64,000 nucleotides of DNA from Lama guanicoe (lineage: Eukaryota), in contig MU054187.1 in NCBI GenBank assembly GCA_013239625.1, positions 21,517,280 through 21,581,279 on the forward strand. The letters are read 5' to 3'. The translations under genes were made by a program, and so were the position numbers. Within the stretch, counting starts at the first letter, position 1. Every line of letters starts with the position of its first letter. The notes beneath the pieces are model-generated. The model saw nothing but the letters and a program-made list of their open reading frames with translations. It was not told the origin of the DNA and did no database searches. Shown here piece after piece: positions 38,701-50,586 of this stretch.

Positions 38701-41700
38701 TATGTAAGCTATGGTATTTTTCTTATGGTATATTTTTCCTGTGCTCTTTCATTTGCCTGTATTTTTAGCAGTAAAATAGAGAGTCACTGGAGACATTCTG
38801 TCTAAAACTTCATCTGAACCATTATTTCCCCAGCACCTCCCACCCAGGCCCCACATGCTTTAGGGGATGTTTGTAGGGAGAGCACATTGTTGCCTACATT
38901 CAGACTCTACTCTCTGATGTTTATTTCAAATCAGGTATGTTTTAATCTGGCCCTCAAGGAAGGGCGACTTAATGTGATTCTGGGCTGGATTTATTTCCCC
39001 ACTTCGAGTCAGACCCTGGGCAAGTGACTTTCTTTCCTTGTGCCTCCGACTTCTCTTCATTAGGATCAGTATTTGTAGAATGAAAATGTGGAAATCATTT
39101 ATAGTTGTAGATGTACGTTGCAGATGTACGGTATATTATATTTATGTGACAAGTACTACCGCACAGTGTTTACTCAGCAAAAAGCACCAGTGTAGGTGGT
39201 ACAAAGAACGCCAGGCAGACACAGGGCTCTTCAGCACACAGCACAGTCTAGCTGAGTCTTTTGTGGATTTCCAAAGTCAAATCTGATGAACAGATGATGT
39301 TACAGCATTCTGTTCAGGTCCATAAAATGTGACGTCCCAGAGGAATCTAGATACAAAGGAAAAAATCTCTTCAAATACAGAGATTGTTTTCTGATTTGGG
39401 GATTGGTTTGTTTATAGAAATCTTCTACGAGAGAAACGGCATATGTTAAATTTCTTCTTCAATTTATTGAATTGAAATACTCCTAGTTCTTGTTCATCTT
39501 AATCTGTACCAGAATGATCCTATAACTGATACTATTTCTAAATTCTACATTCCCTTGTAATAAAGAAAGGAAAGCATAGGCAAGTGAGCTGATATCCAAA
39601 CCCTATTTCAAAATGTTTATTTCAGAAAGTAACCAGCAGTGGATATGACATAATTAGTTATATATAAAGCAAGGTCTAATTTCCAATTCCTTCTACATCT
39701 GTTACAATTCTGGGATTTATTTTTTCAAATCATGATAATCCAAAGCACTATGACTCTGAAAACTCTCTGAATCAGTCAGGATTTTATTACATTCAGCATA
39801 ATTTGAGTGCTAAGAGAATTTTGATAGTATTGCAAAGCTTTAAGCCTTAAGGTTTTTTTAAATTAACTGTGTTTCTCAAATATACTGATAAAAATAATGC
39901 TTTATGAATACAATAATAGCATGTTTATTTCACATTGCTATTTCACTTGCTCTCTCAGATTAATTTTGTTCAATCTGAAAATGGAAGCTATTTCATTGTA
40001 TTCTAATTCTTTGATGGGTGTATACAGTAAATTTAATTAAATTAAATGCAAGTTGTTAAATAATGATGACAGCCTTTCCCCAGCTATTCTGAAGATCATG
40101 AATTAACCACACAATTTCCAAGGGCTTTTAAAATTAAACTTCTAAATCAATCGATTCTGCATCACATTTTTCTGTTACATACTACAAATAATTTTTTTTA
40201 AATATTTCTTCTTGTGGTGCCAAAACTAATTACCTAAAGAACTGTAGAAAGCAGTAAAATGTGTGAAATTTCAAAGTTCATAATAACCTTAGCATTAATC
40301 AGCACTTGGCTTCTAGCACTGGCAATAAGCAATTTAGAGTACTATCCTAAAATTATCATTATTAAAATTATCATTACCAGCATTGGGAGTACCTAGTGGT
40401 CGTTAGACACTATATAATTAGCATGAGAAATCAGAAATCAATGCATGATCAAATACAAGTTATGTGCCAAATAAAATTACTATAATTTATCAATTCAGCT
40501 ACTCAAATATGATTGTCAGTGAGCCCCAAACACTCAAAACACAGTCATAATTATCTTCAGAAAGTATCAGAGGACAGTTTGGGAAGAATTAAGAGAAATG
40601 TTAATGCATTACTTCGTGTAACAGAACATCCACGCTCTGGTAAATCATATAATTTAGCAATGTGAGTAATTATTTTTCAGTATTAAAGTAATTAAATTTT
40701 TACACAGACATTTTAAATTAAATTGTGTAACCCACATTAGATAATTTTACTCTGAAGTTAAATATTCTTTCTTAATCAAATGTATTTTTACAACATAAAA
40801 AGTCTTCTTTAGACAGATGCCTAAAGCAAGTTTTTAATTAAAATGGTTTTGAATTAGTTCAAGATGGAACTTCAAAAAAAAAAAATCCAAGCAGATCTAC
40901 TATAAACCAGAGAAAGGCCAGTAGTAGGTTATATGCAAATTCGAGTATTCTCCCAGTAATTCCATAGCTTTCGTCCCACTCATCATGGGGCACCAGAGTA
41001 TTGTCACATCCCAGTTGAGACCACCTGTGCTAACATTCACGCTGTGCCCAGTCTGCCTCCCTACTGGGCAGAACAGACTATTCGGGAAAGCACTGGTCTT
41101 AAATAAAGCAGACTGAATTTGGTTTAGTAAAGACATTCACTCTCTGATCCAAGGATTCGTGAATAATACGAGGATGACTCTTTCCCAACAACCTACCTCA
41201 CTGGTTTGTAATAAAAATCAAATGAGAATATACATTAAAGTGTTTTGTAAACGTTCACACACTATACAAGTAAGAGTTATTATGACGGTTGTGGTCCATA
41301 CCCACAGTCTTAACCTAGTCCCAGATTCTAAGAATAACCCAGTTTGTCTACCTGGGACAAATTAAGAGAGTCTTAGTCTTAGCTAAGTAATTCAGATGCC
41401 TCAGACTTTAAGACATTCTTGTTGTTTCTCTTACTGTAAGCTTTTTACAGTTTCTCTAGTTTTAGTCTAACAACTGGATCCTACTTTATTCCTGGGAATA
41501 AGTGGCGTCCCAAAATGTAAATGAATCAGTGAATCGAAACAAGAAAGTCTTATTCTTCAGATCCCTGACCTAATGTTCTGTCTGACACCAGCCCATCACG
41601 CCTGGAGTTGGCCTCTGCCTTCCTCTCTCTTGCCATCTCTGGAGAAATGAACTGAACCCATATTCCATGGATAGGACCCTCCCAGAACTTCCATACTTAC

Positions 41701-43569
41701 AAAATTCTGTCTGGCTGTCTGATCTGTCACCACACTGTATAGGTTTGGGCTCAATATATAGTTCATATTTAGACCCAAGGAAGCCAGTTCACTTCTAACC
41801 ACTATTATCTACCAATGGAACAAGATTCCTCGTGAGGTAAAAATTTCTCTGTCCGCCTTGAGTTAGTCAAGTCAAAGCTACATACCCATCAGCCATGATT
41901 ACCATGGAAGGCCCTGCTGCTTTGGTTGGGAGATTAGACAAGATCATGCTACAGTCCTAGGTCACCTGCTTAATAATTCTGCTTCCACTCTGTTACTCTT
42001 ATGTGCTACTGCTTCTCCAGTGACAGTAGAGAGGACAATGTAGGGTTCCTGACAATGTGGCCTCTTACCACACTGGACCAATTGTTCCTATAATGAATCC
42101 AACGGAGAAGACACTGTTTGCCTCTTATTTGAATATTATTTGTGATTTCAGTTAAATGAAGTGTACTCCAAAAAACACAAATGATCTGTGTTTCCAGATG
42201 TAAAAAACTATGGTTGCACTAATATCCTTGTTAGAGATAGCAGTAGTTAGATACAGGAAATGCTGTAATTAACTCTGAAAAGAGTTCTTTCAAAACCACA
42301 TATGGTAAACCATGTCTCAAACCAAATATCCAGAAGGAATATGGCACTCAGTTCAATCCTGAAAACTGTTTATATTGTGTCCATTATAAGTCAGTCTCAT
42401 AAACTAAAACATGAATGCCAAAAGTTTGGCAGCCACTTTATAATATTTATAAGAATACAGCTTATTTGGATTTGGAAAGTTAAATTTACATTAATTCTGT
42501 CTTGTCTTTTAATGATAGTTTTATAATATTGTTTCATATTTTCCATCAGTTTTAGGAGAGAACATGAAATATCTGAGCATGAATTATGTAGTAAATCCTA
42601 TAACGCTATAAAAAATGACTAATTTTCCCCAGTCTTTTCATCTTTCCATTTGGTTATGGAATAACAAAACCTAATGATTTATAGATCTGTGATCTACTAT
42701 AGTATACATAGGTAGGTTTTGTCTCTTGGTCATACTTATTCATGAGTGTTGAGAGATAGATGGAGAATGATATAAAGACACGGGAATACTGGGGAGAATA
42801 ATGAGTGTGGATTATAAAACCAAGCTGTTAGGAATTAGAGAAAAATAAGTAAGGACAGAGGTAGAGGATGGAGACAGGAAAGCAGTGAGGATGACCAGGT
42901 GGCACAAACAGAAGACAGCTGGCCACTGGAGTCATGATGTGCCTGGAATCACTACAGTTAATGTGCACTTAAATTGGGTCATAAGTTGCACCCAAGTTAA
43001 ATAAGTTTGATGGTGTTGAGGACAACTGAAGCAGGAGAACTCTCACCAAAATAACTTAACAAGCCAGTAAGTTAAACACCCGTAGTTCCATAGATGTTGA
43101 CAGAAGGCAGGAGACTCCTGAAACAAACCTCTTGTACACACAGGAGAGTATGAGTGTCAGGATAGCTGCACTGGTTCCCTGAACCCAAGACCCAAGTCCG
43201 AGCTGGAAGGCCAGCTAGAGTTTGCATGTGCACAGAAGGGAGACCCTGAGTTTAGGAAATCCAGTGTCCTTGCAAGCAATAAGCAAGCCTGTTCTTTGTC
43301 CAGGGGGAGACAAGCTTTATTGCAGGGCTAAGCGGTACATGCCTGAGTACCATCCACACTTCTCAGAGTTGCCATCCAAGAAGTGGCCTTAGGGAAAGAA
43401 CAGAGAGTTTCGTGGTGTTGGCACACTCAGCAAGACACATAGGCATGCAGGAGGCCCGCAAGGACTGCCTCTCAACAGTGAAGTGCTCTTCAAGACTGGG
43501 ATGCGCAGATTAGCATCACTCAAAGAATTAAAAGAAATGCATTTTGGGGGCTCATTCCAGACCCAGCGG

Positions 43570-43941
43570 TCTTAGGCCCTTTAGACTACTGTAACAATAC
43601 ATCACGTATTAAGATAAGCCTGGGTGGCTTATCAACAACACATATTTATTTCTCACAGTTCTGGAGGCTGGAAGTCCAAGATCCAGCACCAGCAGATTTG
43701 GTGTCTGGTAAAAACCCACTTCTTAGTTCATAGACTGATGTCTTTTCACTGTGTCCTCACATGGCGGAAGGTGTGATGGGGCTCCGTGAGGCCTCTTTTA
43801 TGAGGACACTCATCCCACTTTTGAGACTCTGTTCTCACAATCTAATCACTTCCCCAAAGCCCTGCCTCCTAATACCATCACATTGGGCATCAGGGTTTCA
43901 ACACAGGAATTTGGGGAAGACATACCATTCAGACCACAACA
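43570..43941 (-). mobile_element. MLT1A-like MaLR LTR inserted into a MER5A-like MITE
   Basis: atttatttctcacagttctggaggctggaagtccaagatc...gtcctcacatggcggaagg...ctaataccatcacattggg...tttcaaca..gaatttgggga..cattcagacc; MER5A-like halves at ~43485-43567 and ~43942-44020. Confidence 0.88.
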
Positions 43942-45593
43942 CTAGTAAATCAGAAATTCAGCAATCCGAGTTTACAAACCCACTCAGTAATTCTGAGGCC
44001 CTTTAAAGTTCAAGAACCAAGAGTGTAACGAAAAGAATTCTTGCTAGCAGTCAGGATCGCAGGACTAGTCGAGGCTTCTACCAACCACCAGGGCATGTCT
44101 CTCAGCTTATCTGTGCCTCAGTGTCTTCGCCAATAGCAGGAGCGGGTTCCATCATTTCTGATTCCTTATGGCTCAAATTCAATGAAGTCCTCTATTCTTT
44201 GGCATGTAGCTTTATACATAGTGCCTGTGTTAAAGACTTTGAAATGCACATGGCATGTGTTGGTAAAAGCAGGAGAGGTCAGCGAGTAGGAACAGGTCCA
44301 CAAGGGCTCCTTACCACCCTCCCCAGTCCAGAGCCGGGGGCTAGCCTCCGGGGCTCCCAGAACTTGTCTATCAGCATCCTGGGAGTGGAACAGTCCCTCA
44401 GACAAACGGGCAGTGACCAGTCTGGAATAGGCTGGCATATCAATCCAGAAGATCTGTTTACGAATTTATGGTGAGCCTTCTAACCGAAAGAGAGGCCAGC
44501 CCTGTGCTCCCTGGCCTGAGCATTCTCTTCCAGTAAGTGGACTGCTAGGAACTATTATCATAAGTTCTACTTGGAAAGCATGGATTTAGAACAAGAGAGT
44601 TGGTTGCATGTTCCAGGACTGCCTGATGTGTCCATGTCTGTACCAGGAACATGCCTGTCAGTTCAGCCAAGCTCACTTCCAGGGCATGGACACCTTCTGG
44701 GGACAGCCCCTGCATGGTCCAACCAAGCTGCCCTCCAAGACTTTCCTGTTTTTTCTGGGCTTGTGGTGCCAAACAAGTCTCTCTCAAATCAACACATCTT
44801 TCCCCTCTTTGGCTGATTTAATAAGCTTCAGTTCTGTTCCATTCAAGTCTCAGAGACCATGAAACCTTCAGCCCCTCTTAAGTGACATTGCACATTCTCT
44901 GCCCTGATCATTTCAGTTTTGATCTTAGAGTTAAAATCTCAGAAGACAGTCGGAGGATCTTATTTCTGAGTTTCTGGCTGGCTACTGTACTTCTGTTTCC
45001 TCCTGTGCTCTCTGCCGCCCCCCCTCCCTGAATGGTCATCACCCCAGGAGCAGAGACTATCAGCCTATCGGGGGCAAAAACCCCATAGGGGAGCAGCTGC
45101 TTCATTTGTAGCCATCCCAGTGAGTTACTACCCTCTTGGTTTTCATTCCATTATGGATTTTCTGCTGTGATTCTTTCATCTTAGAGTACAATGCAGTTTT
45201 GGCCCCAAGAGCTTATTAATAGAAGGCAAGTTTTAATTTGTAATGAACAGTGGCTGCTGGGAATCTGTTTATGTTACTTAGAAATCTGAGCTAAACTGAA
45301 TTGGATCTCATTTGTAATAAGGCTTTGTAAAAGCCAAATGTATTCACGTTGTCTGTAAAAAATGAATGGCTGAATAATTACTCTATAAACATGATCAGTG
45401 GTGACAACAAATACAGATTATTCCTGCTCATGGAACTTGCATTTCTATAAAATGTGATATGGCCTGCATTATCTATGTATTTCCTCTTACCTTCTTTTGC
45501 TTTTATAGACACTATTTAAAATACAGATTATCTATATTTCTTTATTTGTCAGTTATAAATCTCAATTAGAGAAAAGATAACAGAAGCATTTCT

Positions 45594-45739
45594 TTTTTGG
45601 GTTTTTTTTGGTTTGTTTTTTTGTCAAGGGTGGGAGGTAATTATGTTTCCCTCTCTATTTGTTTTAATGGAGGTGCTGGGGATTGAACCCAGGACACATG
45701 CTAAGCACACACTTTACCACTGAGCTATACTGTCCCTCT
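45594..45739 (-). mobile_element. tRNA-Ala-derived SINE (camelid vic-1-like), antisense
   Basis: ggaggtgctggggattgaacccagg..catgctaagcacacactttaccactgagctatac; exact 16-bp TSD taacagaagcatttct 45578-45593 / 45740-45755. Confidence 0.92.
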
Positions 45740-47466
45740 TAACAGAAGCATTTCTGACATTAAAGAAGTCAGAAGATTTCTTTAAAAGTATGTTTCTCGG
45801 GGTAGAGCTGTAAATAAGGTACATTTATTTAATATATTGCTGTGCCTCTTTTATTTCCAATATATTAATGCATGAGGTTTAAAATTAAATATGCTTTCCC
45901 CGTAGATTAATACTATCCTTTTCATCTTTGTCAAATAGAAGTAAATGGCTCGGTTCAATATAACTAAGCACGTTTGAGTGGCTCTTTTTGTGGTTTTTCA
46001 GAAGTAGGAGAGATTGAGAGTTGAAAAAGCATTCATCATCAGGAGAATTTGTTTTAAAAGCATCCAAGCTCCTACACAGCCGGTAGATAAATTACCCACT
46101 ATTCAAGACAGGGAAGGAACAATTAGTTTCGCATTATACTAAACCAGTCAGCTCCTTCAGTGACTGTCATTTCTGAGAAAAAGGCAGCAGAATGTCATAG
46201 TTGCTCCCTTTCTCCCATCCTTTTAAAAGCAAACAGCTAGTCTTTTCTCAGACTGCAAGCTCTCTGGACAGTAGGGTGAATGTAATTTTCCTGTTGTTTT
46301 TTAGAAAAGGAGAATTATATTCATGACACATCCGTATGGTTAATAACACCTACTTCACCAGGCAAAGTTAATGAAGCTTTTGTTTTGTACTAGTAGACAG
46401 GCAAAGGCTTTGAAGCTTTATGGTAAGGAAGTAAGGCATCAATAAATTACTCCCAAACCTACCTTTCTTCTTCTCAGGATAATTATTTTTACATAATCAT
46501 TTACCATCACAGAATAAAGGAAAGGGTAGGGAGAAATCATACTAGGGGTAGCAGAATATGCACCCAAAAATCTGCGGGCTGCTTTTGCCTTCTTAACAAA
46601 ATGGATAGTTTCTAAATAGGCGTTCATTACCTCTTTTGAGATGTGCAGGAAGGTGTAAGAATATACCAAATGAATGTCATCTGTCATGACTTAACCGGAA
46701 GAAACACAATGATTGGCAAACTTTATATCCACAGCTGCTGCAGCATTTTAAGCATCTTCCATCTGTAATAAGAAAGTGATCAATGGAGGCCTTGGAGGAA
46801 AGGGTACAATTAGAAGCATATAAAGAGCCTCAGTTCCTTCCTGTACACGGGTGTCATCCATCAAAACCCCCAACCTACAGTGCCCTATGTTTGCATGTCA
46901 ATATCATTCTATAGGCTAAGTTTAATTTTATTTAAAAATTAAGGTGTTCATTTTCACTTTCATAAGGGATAACTTTTGGTATGTGTGTACAGGAAATGTA
47001 TAAAAATTCTTTTATACCATGCAAAAAGTAGCACACCGACTTTGTACTGTAAGTTCAGAACTTTGTGCTTTAACGACTCATCGACTCTTCCCATGTACAT
47101 GAACTCAGCCTGGAGTAAACGTGAAGTACATATAGAATGACATTTCCGTTTTTTAAAGTACGTATACATTTGATCAGTAAGGATATAGTATAGATTGTGT
47201 GAAGAAGAGAGGAAGGGGAAAAAGAAAGAAGGAGTGAGGGAGAGAAGCAAAAAATGAGAAACAGAGAGAGCGAGGCTGTCAAAATATCTGTACTTAGGGT
47301 TTACCCATGAAAGTTTCTTTCTGAGGAAGATAAGTTTTTTTAATGCGTTTGACTGGAGAAAAGACTACTAAGGGCATATATTTTATTTTTTGTTGTTTCA
47401 TTTGTGAAAGTTCTTAAATCGAAATTGTTAGGGAATTATTATTAAGGTTACATTTATAAGTAGAGC

Positions 47467-47494
47467 AAGTTTTGCAAAGTACTTTGCAAAACTT
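47467..47494. repeat. Perfect 28-bp palindrome AAGTTTTGCAAAGTACTTTGCAAAACTT
   Basis: Sequence equals its own reverse complement, with no spacer. Confidence 0.97.
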
Positions 47495-49600
47495 TGAAGA
47501 ATGATTGTCCCTGATTAGTTAATTAAATGCATTCAAATGTCATAAATAGCATTTGTAAGTGTGACGTATTTTATATTGTGTTTTTAAGTGCATCATCTGT
47601 CTGGTTTAACAAATCAAACCTTTCCAGGAATGAAATCATTCTCAAAATCGAAGAAGTTAAATGTATCGACATGATGGCCTGACGTTGTCTTAGATTTTCC
47701 ACTATCACACACAGACGTAAGATATGGGTGTAAGAATTCAGATCACAAAACTGAAATCCTCTGTCTCAATTTTTAATTGCATGTTCTGAAATGAAATCGT
47801 AAGACTGTCATGTGAATAGACTAAAGTTTCTGAAATAACGCAAGTATTTACAGTACCAAATGTTCACAGATGTCTTAACACAAAAATATTAGTGCTATGA
47901 TTTGTGTTCTTATAAACATTTTATATTCAACTCTAAATGTTCCTAGAAGTAACAGATATGTACTTACCAAGGAAGATGACATTCAGTTAAACTAAGATTA
48001 CTGACTTGTATGTCTACTCCTGAATGTGAAAGTTACATACCCATGAAGGAAGAGAAAGTACCAAACAGGTTCGCAGAATTCCTTTCAACCAATGATTTTG
48101 TCCAGACATGTGATGTGAAGCCGCAGACATCCAGAGCAATTCTCACCACTTGAACTGCCAGAGCAGTCTTTTTCATAATCTCTATATCACAAGCTTCAAA
48201 AATGTAACAGAAGGTCAAGTTACCTAATTCTCTGGCTAATCACAGGCGTCAGCAACTGTTGGGAAAGGCAGCTGTTCATGCAATCTGTCAGCCCTCACTG
48301 AGCTGGAAAAATGGACCTTGGACCTCGTATAGTTTCTTACTAAGAAATAAAGCACCCACACAGCCCATATCTGACTTATCACCTTGTATAGAAATACTTC
48401 CCCTGTTTTAAGCTAAATAAGTAAGTGTCCCTTTGTTCTGCTTAAACGTGTACATCAGTAGTCCTCAGACACACCCCCATCTTTTAGCGCTTCGTGCTCC
48501 ACAAGAGAGGATTCCAGGTCTTCCTACTGCAGCAACAGGGATGTTCATAAGCCAAATGCCCTCCATCGGTTGCCAGGGAGATTCATTAGCCTTAAGGGAC
48601 CAGCACACACTATTGAGCTGTAAAGTGTTGTTCCATCCAATGCTTGACTGTGTTATGTTTTCCTTGACAACTTTGATGCAAAATACAAAGACCAAAATGT
48701 CTGGAGTTCATCCTTGAGATTGATAGTCGGGAGTAGTTCAAGGTATTTTGTTCACCCATTATTGATAACTGATGCGCGATGTTCTTCTCAACAGCAACTC
48801 CCATCCAAATTGATCCCTTGATTTGAATGTCTTTAATTCTTAAGACATACACACAGATTTCCTAACCCCAAAAAAAGCTTTGAATTTGATGGATAATAGG
48901 TGTAATTATATTTTTTTACCTAAATAGGAGGACCTTGAACTTGGTAGGATTCTAGGATAAATAAATGCCTTTTTCCCACTACTGAAATCTTACATTGTTT
49001 TATCTCCATCTTCAATTTCTCAATTCAGTTCTTCAACCAGTTGAATTTTTACTCTTATATGATGTTTTCTGGCTTATGGTTGCACCTGCCTGCTTCTGTT
49101 CTTCCTGCCTCTAGCTTTCTGCTCTTGCAACCAAGATTGTGTTAACTCAGATCACAGACCTATATTGGCTCTTCCTCCTATCCTGGGCGCATAAGACTTA
49201 GGAATGCATCGTTCAAAGCCTTTTCCAAGAGAAAAATACCCTTGGTCACTTTTGTTAGGGGCAGCAAAGATTCAGGAGTAACCCAAGGCTCATTCCCTAG
49301 CCTACAATTTCAAGTGTTTCCCTTCTGACCTAGAAACGAGCTCAGGTTGAAAAATAATTGTTGATCTCAGGCAGTAAACAAGCTGAATTCTTTCAAAATT
49401 GTTTCATGCTATAAATGTAAATAATTTTAGTCTTGTGTACAAGAAAGGATCTGAGAACCTAAACTTCTCAAGTGTGTTTGTCTTAAAGATCTAAGTCTTC
49501 TTTTATCCTTCTCCCGATTAAGCCTTAAAATCTATCTTATATATATGCGTGCTCTCAGAAACGAAATATAAATCTCTATAATTTTTTTTTCTTTTCTCAG

Positions 49601-49618
49601 TTTCTACAGATAAAGTGA
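49601..49618 (+). CDS. RALYL: RALYL terminal coding exon portion: FLQIK-stop
   Basis: Acceptor atttttttttcttttctcag|TTT CTA CAG ATA AAG TGA; phase 0 matches the 18345 donor; gives the ...GGHELFLQIK C-terminus I recognise for RALYL. Confidence 0.93.
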   Translation, partial: FLQIK

Positions 49619-50586
49619 TCTGAAGTAACAAATGATGCCATGGCAGCAGAAGAGAGAAACTGTGACAACCCCCCGAAATGTGAAAGGAGGGCTCTGAACT
49701 GGACAGCATCACCTTTGGTTCAGTTTATATATAAACCCAAATAAATAAAATGGACAGTATTGTTCAATTTTAGAAATTCCATTTCTTCTATGTTCTGAGT
49801 TATATAATTGTCAGGTTTTTATGGTTTAGATTGTAAATGTGTTTTCCCCTTTGCTAATTATGTTTGTTTTTTTAAGTCTTAAAAGTCTTAAAATGTGAAG
49901 GACATTTATGAATGGTAAGGGAGACACTGTATACAAATGTATATTTGTAAAAGCTATTTTTATGATTAGCATGTTCTACTGTTGATCATATATAAAAGTC
50001 AGGTGATACTGCAATTCTGCATTTAAAGTTTATTTCCAACAATGTCATGTAAGAAAAGATGCATTGTATGCTAGTTTTTATAATTTATTTTTAATTTATA
50101 GTCCAAAGTACTTCAGATTGTAAGGATAAAATACTTGAAAAAGTTATATTTCTGCCCTCAATAGGCACCATTTTTATTAATAAAGAATGCAGATATTTCA
50201 GATGTGATTCAATAGTTAAAGGACTGTTGGTTTAACCTGTGATTAAATTGAGCATTCTCTGCTCAGCTGAACTGAAATGACTCATTTACTACCCCAGTCC
50301 GTCAGTCTGGGTAGGAGATCCCGTGGACAGGGTTTAATGCCAATACAGGTAAGAACTAGATTGGCAAGGAAGACTGTCTTGTCTTTGGCTCTGAAAGATG
50401 GAATTGGTGCGTACATCACTTCATTTCATCACCTATTACTAGGAAGTCTCCATTCCCTGGCATTGCAAGTGTTTTCCAGATGCTTTTGGCTGTTGTCTTG
50501 TGCTGTGGAAATGGAAGAAACCATCTTCACAGACTGTAGGAGAATCCAACATATAATTTCTTAATAAATACTGTTTCTTTTAAAAC
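49619..50586 (+). other. RALYL: RALYL 3'UTR (3' end approximate)
   Basis: Repeat-free, AU-rich, many TGTA motifs; ends shortly after AATAAA 50563-50568. Confidence 0.8.
50563..50568 (+). terminator. Distal polyadenylation signal AATAAA
   Basis: Followed ~25-60 nt later by a GU/U-rich element (gtgtatctttcttttggggtg...tggtttt). Confidence 0.8.

Noticed and set aside
40348..40376. Short tandem duplications (taaaattatcatta x2; also aagtcttaa x2 near 49873, tcttactac x2 at 52681)
   Set aside because: Ordinary slippage-type micro-duplications with no evident function.
43040..43460. Possible additional old LTR; also unassigned complex stretches at ~21600-22000, 33330-33810 and 44000-44900
   Set aside because: They look like ancient repeats, but I cannot assign a family or boundaries without a Dfam search.
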